Positions 33,135-44,443 of a stretch of DNA of 64,000 nt are shown piece by piece (the first letter of the stretch is position 1; every line of letters starts with the position of its first letter). The translations under genes and the position numbers were made by a program. The stretch lies in NCBI RefSeq assembly GCF_988242995.1, contig NZ_OZ547043.1. One strand, given 5' to 3'. The notes under the pieces are model-generated. The model was given only the letters and a program-made list of their open reading frames with translations. It did not search any database and had not been told where the DNA came from.

Positions 33135-35483
33135 ATGCTGAGTTTATACGAAAAGATAAAGATAAGGCTGATAATTTTATTTTTATTGGCAGCACTGTCA
33201 TTTATTGGCCTTTTTTTCATCATTAACTATCAACTGGTATCGGAACGCGCGGTAAAACGTGCCGATAGCCGCTTTGAACTTATTCAGAAAAACGTTGGCT
33301 ATTTCTTTAAAGATATTGAACGTTCGGCCCTGACATTAAAGGACTCACTGTATTTATTAAAAAATACAGAGGAGATTCAACGCGCTGTGATCCTTAAAAT
33401 GGAAATGATGCCATTTTTAGACTCGGTGGGACTGGTACTTGATGATAATAAATATTATCTCTTTTCGCGGAGGGCGAATGATAAAATCGTTGTTTATCAT
33501 CAGGAAGAAGTAAATGGACCGCTTGTCGACGAGTCAGGGCGGGTTATTTTTGCCGATTTTAATCCATCGAAACGACCATGGTCGGTGGCTTCAGATGACT
33601 CTAACAACAGCTGGAATCCGGCCTACAATTGCTTTGATCGTCCGGGTAAAAAATGTATCTCTTTTACGCTACGCATCAACGGCAAAGATCACGATTTGTT
33701 AGCGGTGGATAAAATACATGTCGATTTAAACTGGCGATATCTGAACGAGTATCTTGATCAAATCAGCGCTAATGATGAAGTTCTATTTTTGAAACAAGGC
33801 CATGAGATCATTGCCAAGAATCAACTCGCGCGTGAAAAACTGATTATTTATAATAGCGAAGGTAATTATAATATTATTGATTCTGTCGATACTGAATATA
33901 TTGAAAAAACATCAGCGGTGCCAAACAACGCATTATTCGAAATCTATTTTTATTATCCTGGCGGTAATTTATTGAACGCATCAGATAAACTTTTTTATCT
34001 GCCGTTTGCTTTCATTATTATCGTATTGCTGGTGGTTTATTTAATGACCACTCGTGTGTTCCGTCGGCAATTTTCTGAAATGACCGAGCTGGTTAATACG
34101 CTGGCGTTTTTGCCCGACTCAACGGATCAGATCGAGGCTCTGAAAATTCGCGAAGGCGATGCGAAAGAGATTATCAGCATCAAAAATTCGATCGCGGAAA
34201 TGAAAGATGCTGAAATTGAACGGGCAAATAAATTGCTCTCGCTGATCTCTTACGATCAGGAAAGCGGTTTTATTAAAAATATGGCGATTATTGAGTCCAA
34301 CAATAATCAGTATCTGGCTGTGGGGATCATCAAACTGTGTGGTCTGGAAGCTGTGGAAGCGGTGTTTGGTGTTGATGAACGCAATAAAATCGTCAGGAAA
34401 TTGTGTCAGCGAATTGCCGAGAAATATGCGCAATGCTGCGATATCGTGACATTTAATGCCGATCTCTATTTACTCCTGTGCCGGGAAAATGTACAGACGT
34501 TTACCCGTAAGATAGCGACGGTAAACGATTTTGACAGCAGTTTTGGCTACCGCAATCTGCGCATCCATAAGTCTGCTATTTGTGAACCTTTGCAGGGGGA
34601 AAACGCCTGGAGTTACGCAGAAAAGCTGAAACTGGCGATTTCCAGTATCCGCAACCATATGTTCTCAGAGTTTATTTTCTGTGATGACGCGAAACTCAAC
34701 GAAATAGAAGAGAATATCTGGATTGCGCGTAATATTCGCCATGCAATGGAAATTGGCGAACTATTCCTCGTCTATCAACCGATCGTTGATATTAACACCC
34801 GCGCCATTCTGGGCGCGGAGGCGTTGTGCCGTTGGGTGTCTGCGGAGCGGGGGATCATTTCACCGCTAAAGTTCATTACCATTGCTGAAGATATCGGGTT
34901 TATCAATGAGCTGGGTTATCAGATTATTAAAACGGCAATGGGTGAATTCAGACATTTTAGTCAGCGTGCGTCGCTGAAGGATGATTTCTTACTGCATATT
35001 AATGTTTCGCCCTGGCAGTTAAACGAACCACACTTTCATGAGCGTTTTACCACCATCATGGAAGAAAATGGCCTGAAGGCGAACAGCCTCTGTGTTGAGA
35101 TCACTGAAACCGTGATCGAGCGAATTAATGAACATTTTTATCTCAATATTGAACAACTGCGTAAACAAGGAGTACGGATATCGATTGATGACTTTGGCAC
35201 CGGTTTGTCAAACCTGAAACGTTTTTATGAAATTAATCCAGATAGCATAAAGGTGGACTCACAATTTACCGGCGATATTTTCGGTACTGCGGGAAAAATT
35301 GTGCGCATTATTTTCGATCTGGCACGCTATAACCGGATCCCGGTGATTGCGGAAGGCGTAGAGAGCGAAGACGTTGCGCGCGAATTAATCAAATTAGGAT
35401 GTGTTCAGGCTCAGGGGTATCTGTACCAGAAACCCATGCCGTTCTCCGCCTGGGATAAAAGTGGAAAATTAGTAAAAGAGTAG
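33135..35483 (+). CDS. pdeI: c-di-GMP phosphodiesterase (periplasmic sensor domain, degenerate GGDEF, EAL)
   Basis: Start [15 protein letters not shown]...; EAL-domain motifs near the C-terminus (ELF, DDFGTG); matches YliE/PdeI (782 aa). The track ORF extends 26 codons upstream. Confidence 0.85.
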   Translation: MLSLYEKIKIRLIILFLLAALSFIGLFFIINYQLVSERAVKRADSRFELIQKNVGYFFKDIERSALTLKDSLYLLKNTEEIQRAVILKMEMMPFLDSVGLVLDDNKYYLFSRRANDKIVVYHQEEVNGPLVDESGRVIFADFNPSKRPWSVASDDSNNSWNPAYNCFDRPGKKCISFTLRINGKDHDLLAVDKIHVDLNWRYLNEYLDQISANDEVLFLKQGHEIIAKNQLAREKLIIYNSEGNYNIIDSVDTEYIEKTSAVPNNALFEIYFYYPGGNLLNASDKLFYLPFAFIIIVLLVVYLMTTRVFRRQFSEMTELVNTLAFLPDSTDQIEALKIREGDAKEIISIKNSIAEMKDAEIERANKLLSLISYDQESGFIKNMAIIESNNNQYLAVGIIKLCGLEAVEAVFGVDERNKIVRKLCQRIAEKYAQCCDIVTFNADLYLLLCRENVQTFTRKIATVNDFDSSFGYRNLRIHKSAICEPLQGENAWSYAEKLKLAISSIRNHMFSEFIFCDDAKLNEIEENIWIARNIRHAMEIGELFLVYQPIVDINTRAILGAEALCRWVSAERGIISPLKFITIAEDIGFINELGYQIIKTAMGEFRHFSQRASLKDDFLLHINVSPWQLNEPHFHERFTTIMEENGLKANSLCVEITETVIERINEHFYLNIEQLRKQGVRISIDDFGTGLSNLKRFYEINPDSIKVDSQFTGDIFGTAGKIVRIIFDLARYNRIPVIAEGVESEDVARELIKLGCVQAQGYLYQKPMPFSAWDKSGKLVKE

Positions 35484-35490
35484 TTTACGT

Positions 35491-36819
35491 ATGTCCAGAA
35501 TCAATAAGTTCGTACTTACAGTCAGTCTGCTGATTTTTATCATGATTTCAGCAGTTGCCTGCGGGATCTACACTCAAATGGTAAAGGAACGGGTGTATGG
35601 CCTGAAACAGTCCGTTATTGATACTGCTTTTGCGGTGGCAAATATTGCTGAATATCGGCGTAGCGTGGCAATTGATCTCATCAACACGCTAAACCCCACG
35701 GAGGAACAGCTGTTGGTTGGTTTGCGCACAGCTTACGCCGACTCGGTTTCACCCTCTTATTTGTACGATGTCGGTCCTTATCTGATTTCCAGTGACGAAT
35801 GTATTCAGGTAAAGGAGTTCGAGAAAAATTATTGTGCAGATATTATGCAGATTGTGAAGTATCGACATGTCAAAAATACAGGGTTTATCTCTTTTGACGG
35901 TAAAACCTTCGTCTATTACCTCTATCCGGTAACTCATAATCGTAGTCTGATATTTTTGCTTGGTCTGGAGCGTTTTTCTTTACTGTCAAAATCGCTGGCG
36001 ATGGATAGCGAGAACCTGATGTTCTCTCTGTTTAAGAACGGTAAACCGGTGACCGGTGATGAATATAATGCTAAAAACGCCATCTTCACCGTTTCGGAAG
36101 CGATGGAGCACTTCGCCTATTTGCCGACCGGATTGTACGTATTTGCGTATAAAAAAGATGTTTATTTGCGGGTCTGTACATTGATTATTTTCTTTGCCGC
36201 ATTGGTGGCAGTGATATCGGGTGTCAGTTGCCTCTATCTGGTACGCAGAGTGATTAATCGTGGTATTGTGGAGAAAGAAGCCATCATTAATAACCATTTT
36301 GAACGCGTACTGGATGGCGGGCTTTTCTTTTCAGCTGCCGATGTCAAAAAACTCTACAGTTTGTATAACTCGGCGTTCCTGGATGACCTGACCAAAGCAA
36401 TGGGCAGAAAATCCTTTGACGAAGATTTAAAAGCGCTGCCGGAAAAAGGCGGTTATTTGTGCCTGTTTGACGTCGATAAATTCAAAAACATCAACGACAC
36501 CTTCGGTCATTTGCTGGGCGATGAAGTGTTGATGAAAGTGGTGAAAATCCTTAAATCACAGATCCCCGTAGATAAAGGTAAAGTCTACCGCTTCGGCGGT
36601 GACGAATTTGCGGTGATTTATACGGGTGGAACGCTGGAAGAGTTGCTATCGATTCTAAAAGAAATTGTTCATTTCCAGGTGGGAAGCATTAATTTAAGCA
36701 CCAGTATCGGTGTAGCGCATTCAAATGAATGTACTACCGTTGAACGCTTGAAAATGCTGGCGGATGAGCGGCTGTATAAGAGTAAGAAAAACGGCAGGGC
36801 GCAGATTAGCTGGCAGTAG
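35491..36819 (+). CDS. dgcI: Diguanylate cyclase (GGDEF domain)
   Basis: 442-aa ORF with the active-site motif RFGGDEF; matches YliF/DgcI. Confidence 0.9.
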   Translation: MSRINKFVLTVSLLIFIMISAVACGIYTQMVKERVYGLKQSVIDTAFAVANIAEYRRSVAIDLINTLNPTEEQLLVGLRTAYADSVSPSYLYDVGPYLISSDECIQVKEFEKNYCADIMQIVKYRHVKNTGFISFDGKTFVYYLYPVTHNRSLIFLLGLERFSLLSKSLAMDSENLMFSLFKNGKPVTGDEYNAKNAIFTVSEAMEHFAYLPTGLYVFAYKKDVYLRVCTLIIFFAALVAVISGVSCLYLVRRVINRGIVEKEAIINNHFERVLDGGLFFSAADVKKLYSLYNSAFLDDLTKAMGRKSFDEDLKALPEKGGYLCLFDVDKFKNINDTFGHLLGDEVLMKVVKILKSQIPVDKGKVYRFGGDEFAVIYTGGTLEELLSILKEIVHFQVGSINLSTSIGVAHSNECTTVERLKMLADERLYKSKKNGRAQISWQ

Positions 36820-36833
36820 AATTAGAATAGTGT

Positions 36834-36859
36834 TAGTACCCCTTAATCAAGGGGTACTA
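36834..36859. other. Perfect 9-bp-stem inverted repeat (TAGTACCCC-ttaatcaa-GGGGTACTA) at the dgcI / TA-module junction
   Basis: Read directly from the sequence; no flanking U-run on either strand, so the terminator role is uncertain. Confidence 0.4.
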
Positions 36860-36888
36860 ATGAATGTGGTAAATCATTTGCAAACATT

Positions 36889-37218
36889 TTACTTTGCAAA
36901 AACTTCCGGCCCTTTTATTGCCAATGTATTCAAAATACGTAATGCCGGGCCGCTCGGTTTTATTTCATTACGTTCCCATTTCGAGACACTTTCTTTTGAC
37001 ATTCCCATTGTATGTGCCAGCACGGATTGTGACATGCCGTATCGGGTGCGGATGGCTTTGATCTCTTCACCCGTCATTGATTTGACTTTGGCTATACGGG
37101 CGCTGACTTCACGAGCTTTGACCATGACGGCAATGGCATCAACTTCACTATCAGACATCAGGCCCAGTGCATTCAGTTCCTTTGCATCTTCCAGCATCAT
37201 TTGTAATTTATCGCTCAT
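36889..37218 (-). CDS. Type II antitoxin, HTH-XRE family (C-terminal helix-turn-helix)
   Basis: 109-aa ORF; the C-terminal segment ...IKAIRTRYGMSQSVLAHTMGMSKESVSKWERNEIKPSGPALRILNTLAIKGPEV fits an XRE/Cro-type HTH. It overlaps the upstream toxin ORF by 11 nt. Confidence 0.7.
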   Translation of the reverse strand: MSDKLQMMLEDAKELNALGLMSDSEVDAIAVMVKAREVSARIAKVKSMTGEEIKAIRTRYGMSQSVLAHTMGMSKESVSKWERNEIKPSGPALRILNTLAIKGPEVFAK

Positions 37219-37594
37219 TTTTCACCTCAATCAAAAAGCCAGTTTCGATCAAATCCTCTATTTGCTTATTGCTAAAGGCCAGAAATGCATTTGCCATTTT
37301 TTTGTAGGCCGCCAGTTCATCATCTTCGATTTCTTTGGTTCCTTTACTGCTTAGACCACTCTTGGACCAACCATCATAAAAAAACACATGATTTGCTGAT
37401 TTAAAAAAGATAATTGTTCTGGCTCCACCACTCTTTCCTTGTTGGAGGGGTAAACGTTTTTTGATGACACCGCTACCTAAATCAGCCTCCCATATGCCCT
37501 GCATCACTTCTTCAGCGGCAGCCATGAGAACTTTATCGTGAATACCAAGTTTTTTCGTGCTTTGGCTGAATCGTCTTGCCTTATACACACCCAT
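37208..37594 (-). CDS. Type II toxin, RelE/ParE superfamily (HigB-2/Gp49-like)
   Basis: 128-aa ORF preceded by SD AGGATGG; toxin-first gene order with an HTH antitoxin downstream, as in HigBA-type modules. The family call rests on pattern resemblance (GGARTIIFF...GWSKS...KEIEDDEL), not on an alignment. Confidence 0.65.
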   Translation of the reverse strand: MGVYKARRFSQSTKKLGIHDKVLMAAAEEVMQGIWEADLGSGVIKKRLPLQQGKSGGARTIIFFKSANHVFFYDGWSKSGLSSKGTKEIEDDELAAYKKMANAFLAFSNKQIEDLIETGFLIEVKNER

Positions 37595-37609
37595 ACATCC
37601 ATCCTTGTG

Positions 37610-37635
37610 GTAATGTTTACTATAGTAACCATTAC
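37610..37635. promoter_or_regulatory. 26-bp near-perfect palindrome (GTAATG-tt-TACTATAGTA-ac-CATTAC), candidate autoregulatory operator of the TA operon
   Basis: Starts 16 bp upstream of the toxin ATG; the central TACTATAGTA is perfectly palindromic. Confidence 0.5.
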
Positions 37636-37819
37636 GCTTATTTCAAGTAATTGCGATCAAAACTTTAATTTGGTGTGAAAAAGTGAGAGTTGCCTCGAGT
37701 ACGATTCATTTTTCTCGATTTATGCGTCAGGGGATTTTGTGCGTAAGGGTAGGACATCGGGAAGGGCAGCAGAGGCAGATCGAAGAACAATATCCTTGTT
37801 AGATCTGCCTTAAGATTAA

Positions 37820-39145
37820 TTAAACCCGGCTACCCCACAAATCGTACTCATCGGCGTGCTCGACTTTCACACGCAGGATATCACCCGGCTTAACGTTGGT
37901 TTCACCATTGAGATAAACCGCGCCGTCGATTTCCGGTGCATCTGCCATGCTGCGACCAATCGCGCCTTCTTCGTCCACTTCGTCGATAATCACCAGAATT
38001 TCACGGCCCACTTTCTCTTGCAGGCGCTCGGCGGAAATCTGCTGCTGCAGCTGCATGAAACGGTTCCAGCGTTCTTCTTTCACTTCTTCCGGAACCTGGT
38101 CAGGCAGGGCATTGGCGTCTGCACCTTCAACCGGGCTGTATTTAAAGCAGCCAACGCGATCCAGACGCGCTTCTTTCAGGAAGTCGAGTAGCATCTGGAA
38201 ATCTTCTTCCGTCTCGCCAGGGAAGCCGACAATAAAGGTTGAGCGTAGGGTCAGTTCCGGGCAGATTTCGCGCCACTGTTTGATGCGCGCCAGTTGGCGA
38301 TCTACAGAACCCGGACGCTTCATCAGTTTGAGAATGCGCGGGCTGGCGTGCTGCAACGGAATGTCCAGATACGGCAGGATTTTGCCTTCTGCCATCAGTG
38401 GGATGACGTCGTCCACATGCGGATAAGGGTAAACGTAGTGCAGACGTGTCCAGATCCCCAGTTTCGATAACTGTTCGCACAGGCTGACCATGCTGGTTTT
38501 TACCGGCTCGCCGTTGTGGAAGCCAGTACGATGTTTAACATCAACGCCATAGGCGGAAGTATCCTGCGAGATCACCAGAATCTCTTTAACGCCAGCATCT
38601 ACCAGACGTTTCGCTTCACTTAACACTTCGCCAATCGGACGGCTCACCAGGTCGCCGCGCATAGACGGAATAATGCAGAAGGTGCAGCGGTGATTACAGC
38701 CTTCAGAAATTTTCAGATAGGCATAATGACGCGGCGTCAGTTTCACGCCTTGTTCTGGCACCAGGCTCAGGAATGGGTTGTGTTTCGGTTTTGGCACGTA
38801 GTGATGAACGTGCTCCAGAACCTGCTCATAGCTATGAGGCCCGGTGATTTCCAGCACTTTCGGGTGGACTTCGCGGATCTGATCTTCTTTTGCCCCCAGA
38901 CAACCGGTCACAATTACCTTGCCGTTTTCATTCAACGCTTCACCAATGGCTTCCAGTGATTCTTGTACCGCGCTGTCAATAAAGCCGCAGGTGTTGACGA
39001 TCACCATGTCCGCATCGTCATAGCTCGGTACCACGTCATAACCTTCAGTGCGTAGTTCGGTGAGAATACGCTCTGAATCAACAAGGTTTTTCGGACAGCC
39101 AAGGGAAACAAAGCCGATTTTCGGCTGGGGAGTTACTTTGCTCAT
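37820..39145 (-). CDS. rimO: Ribosomal protein S12 methylthiotransferase (radical SAM MTTase)
   Basis: 441-aa ORF with N-terminal MTTase Cys residues and the radical-SAM motif CNHRCTFC; matches RimO. Confidence 0.95.
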
Positions 39146-39357
39146 AGCTTAAAAAATATTCAGTTACAGGAAAGGTCAGGGCAGGGATTCTACAGAGTTC
39201 TGGATAAAATTTGTATCGCAATCTCATTCGCTGGCGGAGGCGAAGGAAATGTAAATTTTGTTAATTCGGCGTGAAGAATTGATCCTGGACAGCATTTTGC
39301 TCAAAAAATAGCCATACTATTTAATTGCAACAAGGCTGGAAAGAGGAGGATCGAAGT

Positions 39358-39741
39358 ATGTTCGTTGACAGACAGCGAATCGATCTGCTGAACCGGTTGA
39401 TCGACGCACGCGTTGACCTCGCCGCATACGTGCAACTGAGGAAGGCAAAAGGATACATGTCCGTCAGCGAAAGCAATCATCTACGAGATAACTTTTTTAA
39501 ACTGAATCGCGAACTGCACGATAAATCGCTGCGGTTGAATCTTCATCTGGATCAGGAAGAGTGGAGTGCTCTTCATCATGCTGAAGAAGCATTAGCGACA
39601 GCCGCAGTATGTTTGATGAGTGGGCACCATGATTGCCCGACTGTTATTACCGTCAACGCCGATAAGCTTGAAAATTGTCTGATGAGCTTAACGCTGAGTA
39701 TCCAGAGCCTGCAGAAGCACGCCATGCTTGAGAAGGCCTGA
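39358..39741 (+). CDS. bssR: Biofilm regulator BssR
   Basis: Start MFVDRQRIDLLNRLIDARVDLAAYVQ... with SD AGGAGGA; 127 aa. The track's upstream extension is rejected. Confidence 0.9.
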   Translation: MFVDRQRIDLLNRLIDARVDLAAYVQLRKAKGYMSVSESNHLRDNFFKLNRELHDKSLRLNLHLDQEEWSALHHAEEALATAAVCLMSGHHDCPTVITVNADKLENCLMSLTLSIQSLQKHAMLEKA

Positions 39742-39851
39742 AAACTAAGGGGGAGAAAGCGTCTCCCCCTTCATGTTTAAGTTTTTGTAAAAATGAATTT
39801 GTTATCTCCTCCACTGACTACGCTTTAAGCCAGAGTCAATCCGGAGGCGTT

Positions 39852-40912
39852 ATGCATCGACAATCCTTTTTCCTTGTGCCCCTTATTTGTCTTTCTTCCG
39901 CTCTCTGGGCGGCTCCTGCAACGGTAAATGTCGAAGTACTGCAGGACAAACTCGACCATCCCTGGGCGCTGGCCTTTTTACCCGACAATCACGGTATGTT
40001 AATCACTCTGCGCGGCGGCGAGTTGCGTCACTGGCAAGCAGGAAAAGGATTATCTGCGCCGCTTTCCGGAGTGCCGGAAGTTTGGGCGCACGGGCAGGGT
40101 GGCCTGCTGGATGTGGTTTTAGCGCCTGATTTTGCTCAGTCTCGCCGCATCTGGTTAAGTTATTCCGAAGTTGGCGATGATGGCAAAGCCGGAACTGCTG
40201 TGGGTTATGGCCGCTTAAGTGATGATCTCTCAAAGGTGACCGACTTCCGCACCGTCTTTCGCCAGATGCCAAAACTGTCTACCGGCAACCATTTTGGCGG
40301 GCGGCTGGTATTCGACGGTAAAGGTTATCTTTTTATTGCTCTGGGCGAAAACAATCAGCGCCCGACGGCGCAGGATCTGAATAAATTACAGGGCAAACTG
40401 GTGCGTCTGACCGACCAGGGCGAAATCCCGGATGATAATCCTTTTATAAAGGAATCCGGTGCGCGCGCCGAGATCTGGTCTTATGGCATTCGTAATCCGC
40501 AAGGAATGGCGATGAAATTAATATCCCGCAAAAAGGCAAAAACTACGGCTGGCCGCTGGCAACCTGGGGAATCAACTATTCAGGCTTTAAGATACCGGAA
40601 GCGAAAGGGGAGATCGTCGCCGGGACCGAGCAACCTGTTTTTTACTGGAAAGATTCGCCCGCCGTGAGCGGCATGGCCTTCTATAACAGCGATAAATTCC
40701 CCCAGTGGCAGCAAAAATTATTTATTGGCGCGCTGAAAGATAAAGATGTCATTGTGATGAGCGTCAACGGCGACAAAGTGACAGAAGATGGCCGTATTTT
40801 AACGGACAGAGGGCAGCGAATTCGTGATGTTCGCACTGGACCCGACGGTTATTTATACGTTCTCACCGACGAGTCCAGTGGGGAATTACTTAAAGTTAGC
40901 CCACGCAATTAG
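39852..40912 (+). pseudogene. yliI: Soluble aldose sugar dehydrogenase (PQQ-dependent beta-propeller), disrupted by a frameshift
   Basis: N-terminal 218 aa (signal peptide ... NPQGMAM) are in one frame (ORF 39852..40667), and the C-terminal portion (GDEINIPQKGKNYGWPLATWGINYSGF...KVSPRN) continues in another frame (to 40912). The first frame degenerates into low-complexity sequence after position 40514. Confidence 0.75.
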
Positions 40913-41535
40913 CTAACGGGAATCATCACCACTTTGCGCACTGCTGGGCGTTCAGTGAGTTGCTGATACCAGCGTTGCAGATTTGGACGCGGTGTCCAGG
41001 TCAGGCCAACGTTAAACAAATTGTAGATGAACGGAGCGATAGCGATATCGCCCACACCAAACTCGTCGCCAGAGAACCATTTTACTTTTGCCAGTTCCGC
41101 ATCGAGCAGGGCAAACAGGGCGTCGCACTCTTTACAACTGGCATCAATGGCGGCCTGATCGCGCTCTTCCGGTGGTGTTCTGACTAATCCCATCAGGATC
41201 CCGCGATGAGCATTACTGAGCGTCTGGTTTGCCCAGTCCATCCATTTTTCTGCTTCCGCACGACGTGCCGGTGAGTCGATCCACAGGCGTTTTTGCCCGT
41301 ACTGTGCCGCCAGATAGCGGACAATGGCGTTTGATTCCCAAAGAATGAGATCACTTTCGTCGTCACGCAACAACGGCACCAGCCCGTTAGGGTTCATCGC
41401 CAGAAAATCAGCATCGTGATTTATCCCAAACTCACGGCCCGCGAGAATTTGCTCATAAGGTAGTTCCAGTTCTTCGAGCGTCAGCAATACTTTTTTTACG
41501 TTGGTTGAATTATTCCGACCCCACAGCGTAATCAT
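40909..41535 (-). CDS. gstB: Glutathione S-transferase
   Basis: Start [28 protein letters not shown]...; 208 aa; matches GstB/YliJ. Confidence 0.9.
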
Positions 41536-41781
41536 ACTCACCCCTTTTCCGACAGGCAGCCACAGGCTGAACAGGACTCCGATGGTGAAGTAAAGTTAAC
41601 TTTTAAGCAACAGCTGGCAAAAAAATGACACCAGAAGCAGCGAAGCGGCAGGATATTGCATAAACTTTAAAAACTTTACCAACTTACGGTTTCTTTAAGT
41701 TTGTGTGTGCGTTATTAATCACCGAACTTATCATACGGCGATATAACGTATTTTTTTTGAATGGATACTCGGGTGGCATTT

Positions 41782-42984
41782 ATGACGCAATACTCCTCTC
41801 TCCTTCGTGGTCTTGCAGCGGGTTCTGCATTTTTATTCCTTTTTGCCCCAACGGCATTCGCGGCGGAACAAACCGTTGAAGCGCCGAGCGTGGATGCGCG
41901 TGCATGGATTTTAATGGATTACGCCAGCGGTAAAGTGCTGGCAGAAGGCAATGCGGATGAAAAACTGGACCCCGCGAGCCTGACTAAAATCATGACCAGC
42001 TATGTGGTTGGGCAGGCGCTTAAGGCCGATAAGATTAAACTCACCGATATGGTGACGGTCGGTAAAGATGCCTGGGCGACGGGAAATCCGGCACTGCGTG
42101 GTTCATCGGTAATGTTCCTTAAACCGGGCGATCAGGTTTCAGTGGCAGACCTGAACAAAGGTGTGATTATCCAGTCCGGTAATGACGCCTGTATTGCGCT
42201 GGCCGATTACGTTGCCGGGAGCCAGGAGTCATTTATTGATCTGATGAATGGTTATGCCAAAAAACTGGGTCTGACCAACACTACCTTCCAGACGGTGCAC
42301 GGTCTGGATGCGCCGGGGCAGTTCAGTACCGCGCGCGATATGGCATTGCTGGGTAAAGCATTAATCCACGATGTGCCGGAAGAGTACGCCATTCATAAAG
42401 AGAAAGAGTTCACCTTCAACAAAATTCGACAGCCTAACCGTAACCGTCTGCTATGGAGCAGCAATCTGAATGTTGATGGCATGAAGACAGGAACCACGGC
42501 AGGCGCGGGATATAATCTGGTTGCTTCGGCTACCCAGGGCGATATGCGTTTGATCTCCGTAGTACTGGGTGCGAAAACTGACCGTATCCGTTTTAATGAG
42601 TCTGAGAAATTATTGACCTGGGGTTTCCGCTTCTTTGAAACCGTGACGCCAATTAAACCTGATGCCACCTTTGTGACTCAGCGCGTCTGGTTTGGTGATA
42701 AGAGCGAAGTGAATCTCGGGGCAGGTGAAGCGGGCTCAGTGACCATACCGCGTGGGCAGCTGAAAAACCTGAAAGCGAGCTACACGTTAACGGAACCGCA
42801 GCTTACCGCACCGCTGAAAAAAGGTCAGGTTGTCGGGACCATTGATTTCCAGCTTAACGGTAAATCCATTGAGCAGCGTCCGCTGATCGTGATGGAAAAT
42901 GTGGAAGAGGGCGGATTCTTTGGGCGGATGTGGGATTTCGTTATGATGAAATTCCATCAGTGGTTCGGCAGCTGGTTCTCTTAA
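41782..42984 (+). CDS. dacC: D-alanyl-D-alanine carboxypeptidase (PBP6)
   Basis: Start [27 protein letters not shown]; active-site motifs SLTK, SGN and KTG are present; 400 aa. Confidence 0.9.
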   Translation: MTQYSSLLRGLAAGSAFLFLFAPTAFAAEQTVEAPSVDARAWILMDYASGKVLAEGNADEKLDPASLTKIMTSYVVGQALKADKIKLTDMVTVGKDAWATGNPALRGSSVMFLKPGDQVSVADLNKGVIIQSGNDACIALADYVAGSQESFIDLMNGYAKKLGLTNTTFQTVHGLDAPGQFSTARDMALLGKALIHDVPEEYAIHKEKEFTFNKIRQPNRNRLLWSSNLNVDGMKTGTTAGAGYNLVASATQGDMRLISVVLGAKTDRIRFNESEKLLTWGFRFFETVTPIKPDATFVTQRVWFGDKSEVNLGAGEAGSVTIPRGQLKNLKASYTLTEPQLTAPLKKGQVVGTIDFQLNGKSIEQRPLIVMENVEEGGFFGRMWDFVMMKFHQWFGSWFS

Positions 42985-42995
42985 TCTTCTGATAA

Positions 42996-43020
42996 CCGGA
43001 TGGCGCGAAACGTCATCCGG
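42996..43020. other. Inverted repeat (CCGGATG ... CATCCGG) between the convergent dacC and deoR
   Basis: 7-bp stem with an 11-nt loop, read directly; possible terminator or REP fragment. Confidence 0.35.
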
Positions 43021-43030
43021 TAATACGTCA

Positions 43031-43789
43031 TTAATACATCAACTTAATACGCTGCGTCTGCGCGTACTTCACATACTCATCTTCCGGGCAACAATCGCTC
43101 ACCACAATATCAAAGCGTTTCAGGTCACCCATGCGTGCCGGACGCACCTTGCCAAATTTACTGTGGTCGACAACCAGCACATGCTTTTGCGCCATCGACA
43201 TGGCCCAGTGTTTTACCGGCAACTCTTCAAGATTAAAACAGGTAGCGCCCTTACTGACATGCACCCCCGCCGCGGAATAAAAAGCGATATCCGGGCAAAA
43301 ATTATTCAGCGTTTGCTGAAAATCGATGGGTTTGAAAATGGCGTTACTGGCGTGAAATTCACCACCGCAAAGAAACGCGCGGCAATGGGGTTTCTCTTTC
43401 AGCGCCAGAAAGGTATTTAGCGAATAACAAACGGCGGTGAAAGGGATTTCATTATCAATCGCTTCAATAATCCACGGTGTGGTGGTGCCACAGTCAAAAA
43501 AGAGGGTCTGATCGGGTTCTACCAGCGTCGCAGCCAGTTTTGCCGCCCGACGTTTTTCTTCCACCAGGCGGGATTTTTGATCGCTTAACAGGTAATGGCT
43601 GGCGCTGCGCGGTTCCAGAACAATATAGCCGCCGAGCAAAACGACGGGCGCACTGTGGTTGTTCAGATCGCGACGAATCGTCATCTCCGAAACCCCAAGC
43701 AGGGCGGCGGCGTCTTTAAGATGTAACTTATCGCTGCGTTTTAATTCTTGCAGCAGCTGCCCGATACGCTCTTCGCGACGTGTTTCCAT
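43031..43789 (-). CDS. deoR: Deoxyribose operon repressor
   Basis: 252-aa ORF METRREERIGQLLQELKRSDKLHLKDAAALLGVSEMTIRRDLN...; matches DeoR. Confidence 0.95.
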   Translation of the reverse strand: METRREERIGQLLQELKRSDKLHLKDAAALLGVSEMTIRRDLNNHSAPVVLLGGYIVLEPRSASHYLLSDQKSRLVEEKRRAAKLAATLVEPDQTLFFDCGTTTPWIIEAIDNEIPFTAVCYSLNTFLALKEKPHCRAFLCGGEFHASNAIFKPIDFQQTLNNFCPDIAFYSAAGVHVSKGATCFNLEELPVKHWAMSMAQKHVLVVDHSKFGKVRPARMGDLKRFDIVVSDCCPEDEYVKYAQTQRIKLMY

Positions 43790-43846
43790 AATCCCTCTGA
43801 ATAGTTATTGAAGCGAGCCGCTCAATACTACACTTTTTAGCAGAGA

Positions 43847-44443
43847 TCAGTCACGCACCCAGCCTTTGCGGATCGGTAATGCAAAACAGAAACGATACCA
43901 CGATTGCAGACGTTGATAGAGTTTATGCCCCATCGCTTGCCAGATAATCTGGGCGCTAAGGCAGCCAATCATACCTGCCAGCAATCCACCGAGCATATCC
44001 AGCGGCCAGTGGACGCCAAGATAAACGCGCGACCAGGCAATGACGACGGCCAGCACCATTAAAAGTGAGCCGGACCACAGGCGATGCCAGCATAAAAATG
44101 CCAGTGCAAAGGTGAAAATCACCGTACCGTGATCGCTCGGGAATGAGTCATCCGCCGCATGATGCAGGAAGTTATAGCCGATGTTTTCGACAAAGGGTCG
44201 GTCGTGCGGAAAAAGATGCCCCATCGTCCAGGACACAAACAGGCTGACCGCCAGCGCGATAGCGATTTTTATGACCAGTTGCCGTTGTGCTGTAACCCCC
44301 CACAGCCAAAGTACCGCGGCCAGCAACGGCACCACGGTAATCAAATCTTTAGCAATAAAAATCGCCAACGAGATCATCCACGGCGCAGAGTCTGGCGTCG
44401 CGTTAATAAGAGAGAATAGAGAGAGATTCAAATTTTCCAGCAT
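43847..44443 (-). CDS. ybjG: Undecaprenyl-diphosphate phosphatase (PAP2 family)
   Basis: Start MLENLNLSLFSLINATPDSAPW...; 198 aa; PAP2 motifs PSDH/SFPSDHG present. Confidence 0.9.
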   Translation of the reverse strand: MLENLNLSLFSLINATPDSAPWMISLAIFIAKDLITVVPLLAAVLWLWGVTAQRQLVIKIAIALAVSLFVSWTMGHLFPHDRPFVENIGYNFLHHAADDSFPSDHGTVIFTFALAFLCWHRLWSGSLLMVLAVVIAWSRVYLGVHWPLDMLGGLLAGMIGCLSAQIIWQAMGHKLYQRLQSWYRFCFALPIRKGWVRD

